From the NCBI RefSeq assembly GCF_001194135.2, contig NC_068998.1:49549373-49613372 (forward strand): DNA of 64,000 bases. The letters are read 5' to 3'. The stretch comes from Octopus bimaculoides (lineage: Eukaryota). Position numbers and translations under genes: made by a program. Below, piece by piece: positions 61,071 to 64,000 of the stretch (position 1 is the first letter of the stretch; every line of letters begins with the position of its first letter). The notes below the pieces were generated by a model, which saw only the letters and a list, made by a program, of their open reading frames with translations, made no database searches and was not told the DNA's origin.

Positions 61071-63677
61071 CTGGATCGTATTCCCTCTATAAATCCAGGG
61101 ACAATGAAACTTATAGTCAGCGCATCAGCAACAGAAGCATACTTTATCACAAAATATAAACCTGATTTGAATTCTGTCACCCCACAAGAATTTACAACAT
61201 TCCCAACACTACAGGTCACTTTAGGTCATTTGACCGTTAAGGAAGATTCCACGAACAATTTTTGTGACACAGCACTCCTATGTTTTTCTTTTCTTTTCTT
61301 TAATTTTCTTTCTCCTCCTCTCACCTCTTTCTCTACGCCTACGACTCTTCCTCCATCATCATCTTCAATCCCCCTCCTCCTCCTCCTCCTCCTCCTCCTC
61401 CTCCTTCTTCTTCTTCTTCTTCTTCTTCTTCTCTCAGCTGCTCCTGCTTAAACCATCAACTGTATGTACCCGAACACTTCCTTGAAATTTACTACTACCT
61501 ATCTACATACCGGGCATTNNNNNNNNNNNNNNNNNNNNNNNNNNNNNNNNNNNNNNNNNNNNNNNNNNNNNNNNNNNNNNNNNNNNNNNNNNNNNNNNNN
61601 NNNNNNNNNNNNNNNNNNNNNNNNNNNNNNNNNNNNNNNNNNNNNNNNNNNNNNNNNNNNNNNNNNNNNNNNNNNNNNNNNNNNNNNNNNNNNNNNNNNN
61701 NNNNNNNNNNNNNNNNNNNNNNNNNNNNNNNNNNNNNNNNNNNNNNNNNNNNNNNNNNNNNNNNNNNNNNNNNNNNNNNNNNNNNNNNNNNNNNNNNNNN
61801 NNNNNNNNNNNNNNNNNNNNNNNNNNNNNNNNNNNNNNNNNNNNNNNNNNNNNNNNNNNNNNNNNNNNNNNNNNNNNNNNNNNNNNNNNNNNNNNNNNNN
61901 NNNNNNNNNNNNNNNNNNNNNNNNNNNNNNNNNNNNNNNNNNNNNNNNNNNNNNNNNNNNNNNNNNNNNNNNNNNNNNNNNNNNNNNNNNNNNNNNNNNN
62001 NNNNNNNNNNNNNNNNNNNNNNNNNNNNNNNNNNNNNNNNNNNNNNNNNNNNNNNNNNNNNNNNNNNNNNNNNNNNNNNNNNNNNNNNNNNNNNNNNNNT
62101 ATCTGAAAACTAAGGAAATATTTACGTATTCAAAGACTGAAAATATCTGCAAAACATTTCACTTAATTTTTTTCTCTCGAATTTAATTGTTTTTCTTATT
62201 TTACTCTTAGTTGAAACAGTTTAAAGTGAAAAGGAAACCGGTACAAAAATGTACTTCATGATGTCAGGTAGCGGGTTTCATACCTCTAAGGGATAATTAA
62301 ATCCAAAGTCGCTCCTGGTTATTACCTGGGTAGGTACAGGCTCTTGTAAGGTTCTACGGTAGCAGGTGGTTCACCATGTTAGGACGGTCATAGAGAAAGT
62401 TGTAAATGTAAATACATAAAAAGAAATTAAATGAATACATATGTATATACACATTGAGACGCACTCACACGAACAGTGTCACATGCCTTGGTGTGTGTAT
62501 ATATATATATGTTCGAGTTGTGTTTGTGCGTATGTATGCCAATGTGTGTGTATATGTATGTGTGTGCGCGTGTGCGTTTTTATCAGTATATATATATATA
62601 CACATTTCATCATGCTGACCCGTTAAAATGCACAGCATGTTGCAAAGGTTAATTCACATTTCTTTGTAAGAATCACATATTGACATTGAATGGTTCTGTA
62701 GTGCCATGCAATTAAATTCAACAGTGATATCATCTGTAACTGACAAAGGAAAATACAACGGGTATAATTATTTATAGAGTTAAAAGGGAAAAAAAATGAG
62801 GAGACGAAATCCAAGTTTGTATAAATCTTTATAATGGAGCATTTCTTTATTAAATAGAAAAGACAATATCTTTCTAGTGGAGGCAGTGGAACCTATCACT
62901 TGACAAATTACCATGATTTCGTTGAGAATAACATATGTTGATTCCCACGATGATGCTATTCGACATAATAAATTCTGAATTTATAATCAGTTAGTTCCTA
63001 GAATTCCACAGTTTAGTAGTCTCTGATATCCGATGTACCAAATGGTATTATAACTTTTCATACACATTTTGCATTTCATTAAATTACCTAAGACAATTAT
63101 TTCTGAAGTCCATAATAACGGCCACACTAGACTTCTTTAAAAAGAATCAGTGAGACAAAACGGAGACAAGATCTTATTAGATTTTAATGTTTAGGATTCA
63201 TAAATGCATGCAAGAAATACGGAAGGCTCCGGAAAGATAACACATATTACAGTGAATCATCTTTCACTTATGCAAACCCTTCAAACCCACACAACATGAA
63301 ATTTGATAAATACTAATAAATATATAATGTTTCTAATTTATTGACATTCGATAGTTCCACGACCGCATGGGCTTAATAATTAATATGTAGTGTCATGAAG
63401 CTGAAGTTGTGGTGAAGAATAACATCGTTACAGGATCGCTTCAATGACTTTGTATAGAAAGCTTATCTAATTTCAGTATGATCATTATATAATAATGTTG
63501 AAAAGGGGTACTCGAAACATGGTTACCATTTCGTTTCTCTCTCTGTCTTTCTGTATATACACCGAAGCATAACTGCAGCTTTGATGCCGAAACAATTTAA
63601 TGATTAAAGATGTATGTGAATATCCGAATATATATATACATAAATATACTTGCAAACACACGCATGCGCACACTCAG

Positions 63678-63778
<101 letters not shown>

Positions 63779-64000
63779 CACACACACACAGAGATAGGTC
63801 GGTTAGATCGGCCGCAGTGGTCACCCGGTAATTATTTTATTGAGTATATCAACGTTGCTTTGCCGTATATTTTACGTCATAAATTGTCATTTTATAACAA
63901 CTAACCTGAAATGTCATTGTTTATTTGTTTTCAGTGAAAAGACGCGGTTGTTGAAGGACTTAAATGGTTTGAGACGGAACTTGCTAAGAGTTAAATGAAT

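Noticed and set aside
61038-61451. 137-aa plus-strand ORF
   Set aside because: Overlaps the antisense of an RT fragment and ends in CCT/CTT microsatellites; no independent support.
63935-64000. Plus-strand acceptor tttgttttcag followed by EKTRLLKDLNGLRRNLLRVK*
   Set aside because: Single short segment at the window edge with no upstream exon identified.

Overview
AT-rich eukaryotic genomic DNA with many microsatellites and ten N-gaps. The repeat landscape (tRNA-derived SINEs, R4/Dong and L1/Tx1-like LINE fragments, mariner relics) suggests an octopod cephalopod, probably Octopus (inference). Almost every ORF in the supplied track is a microsatellite or gap artefact. The real content is a head-to-tail, minus-strand tandem array of at least 8 paralogous small genes (P1-P8, left to right; only exon 1 of P1 lies in the window), plus one orphan exon-1-like segment. 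I reconstructed them by hand from splice sites. All share one architecture: E1 signal peptide (37 coding nt, 40 in P8 or from an upstream ATG; phase 1), E2 exactly 100 nt (phase 2), E3 exactly 89 nt (phase 1), E4 GPI-anchor-like signal with stop followed closely by a donor, and E5 3'UTR. Products are 84-115 aa with the consensus C-x7-C-x2-A-x3-[YF]P-x4-D-x3-C-x-R-x6-C-x7-C-x3-[FY]-x7-C, but are very divergent between the cysteines. The C-x8-C-x7-C core, upstream YP motif and signal+GPI layout recall vertebrate neuritin/CPG15 (inference, untested). E4 is frame-symmetric in effect, so skipping it would give short secreted forms; P3 seems to have lost a working E4. Also present: a ~300-bp-arm near-perfect inverted repeat inside a P5 intron and several smaller hairpins.
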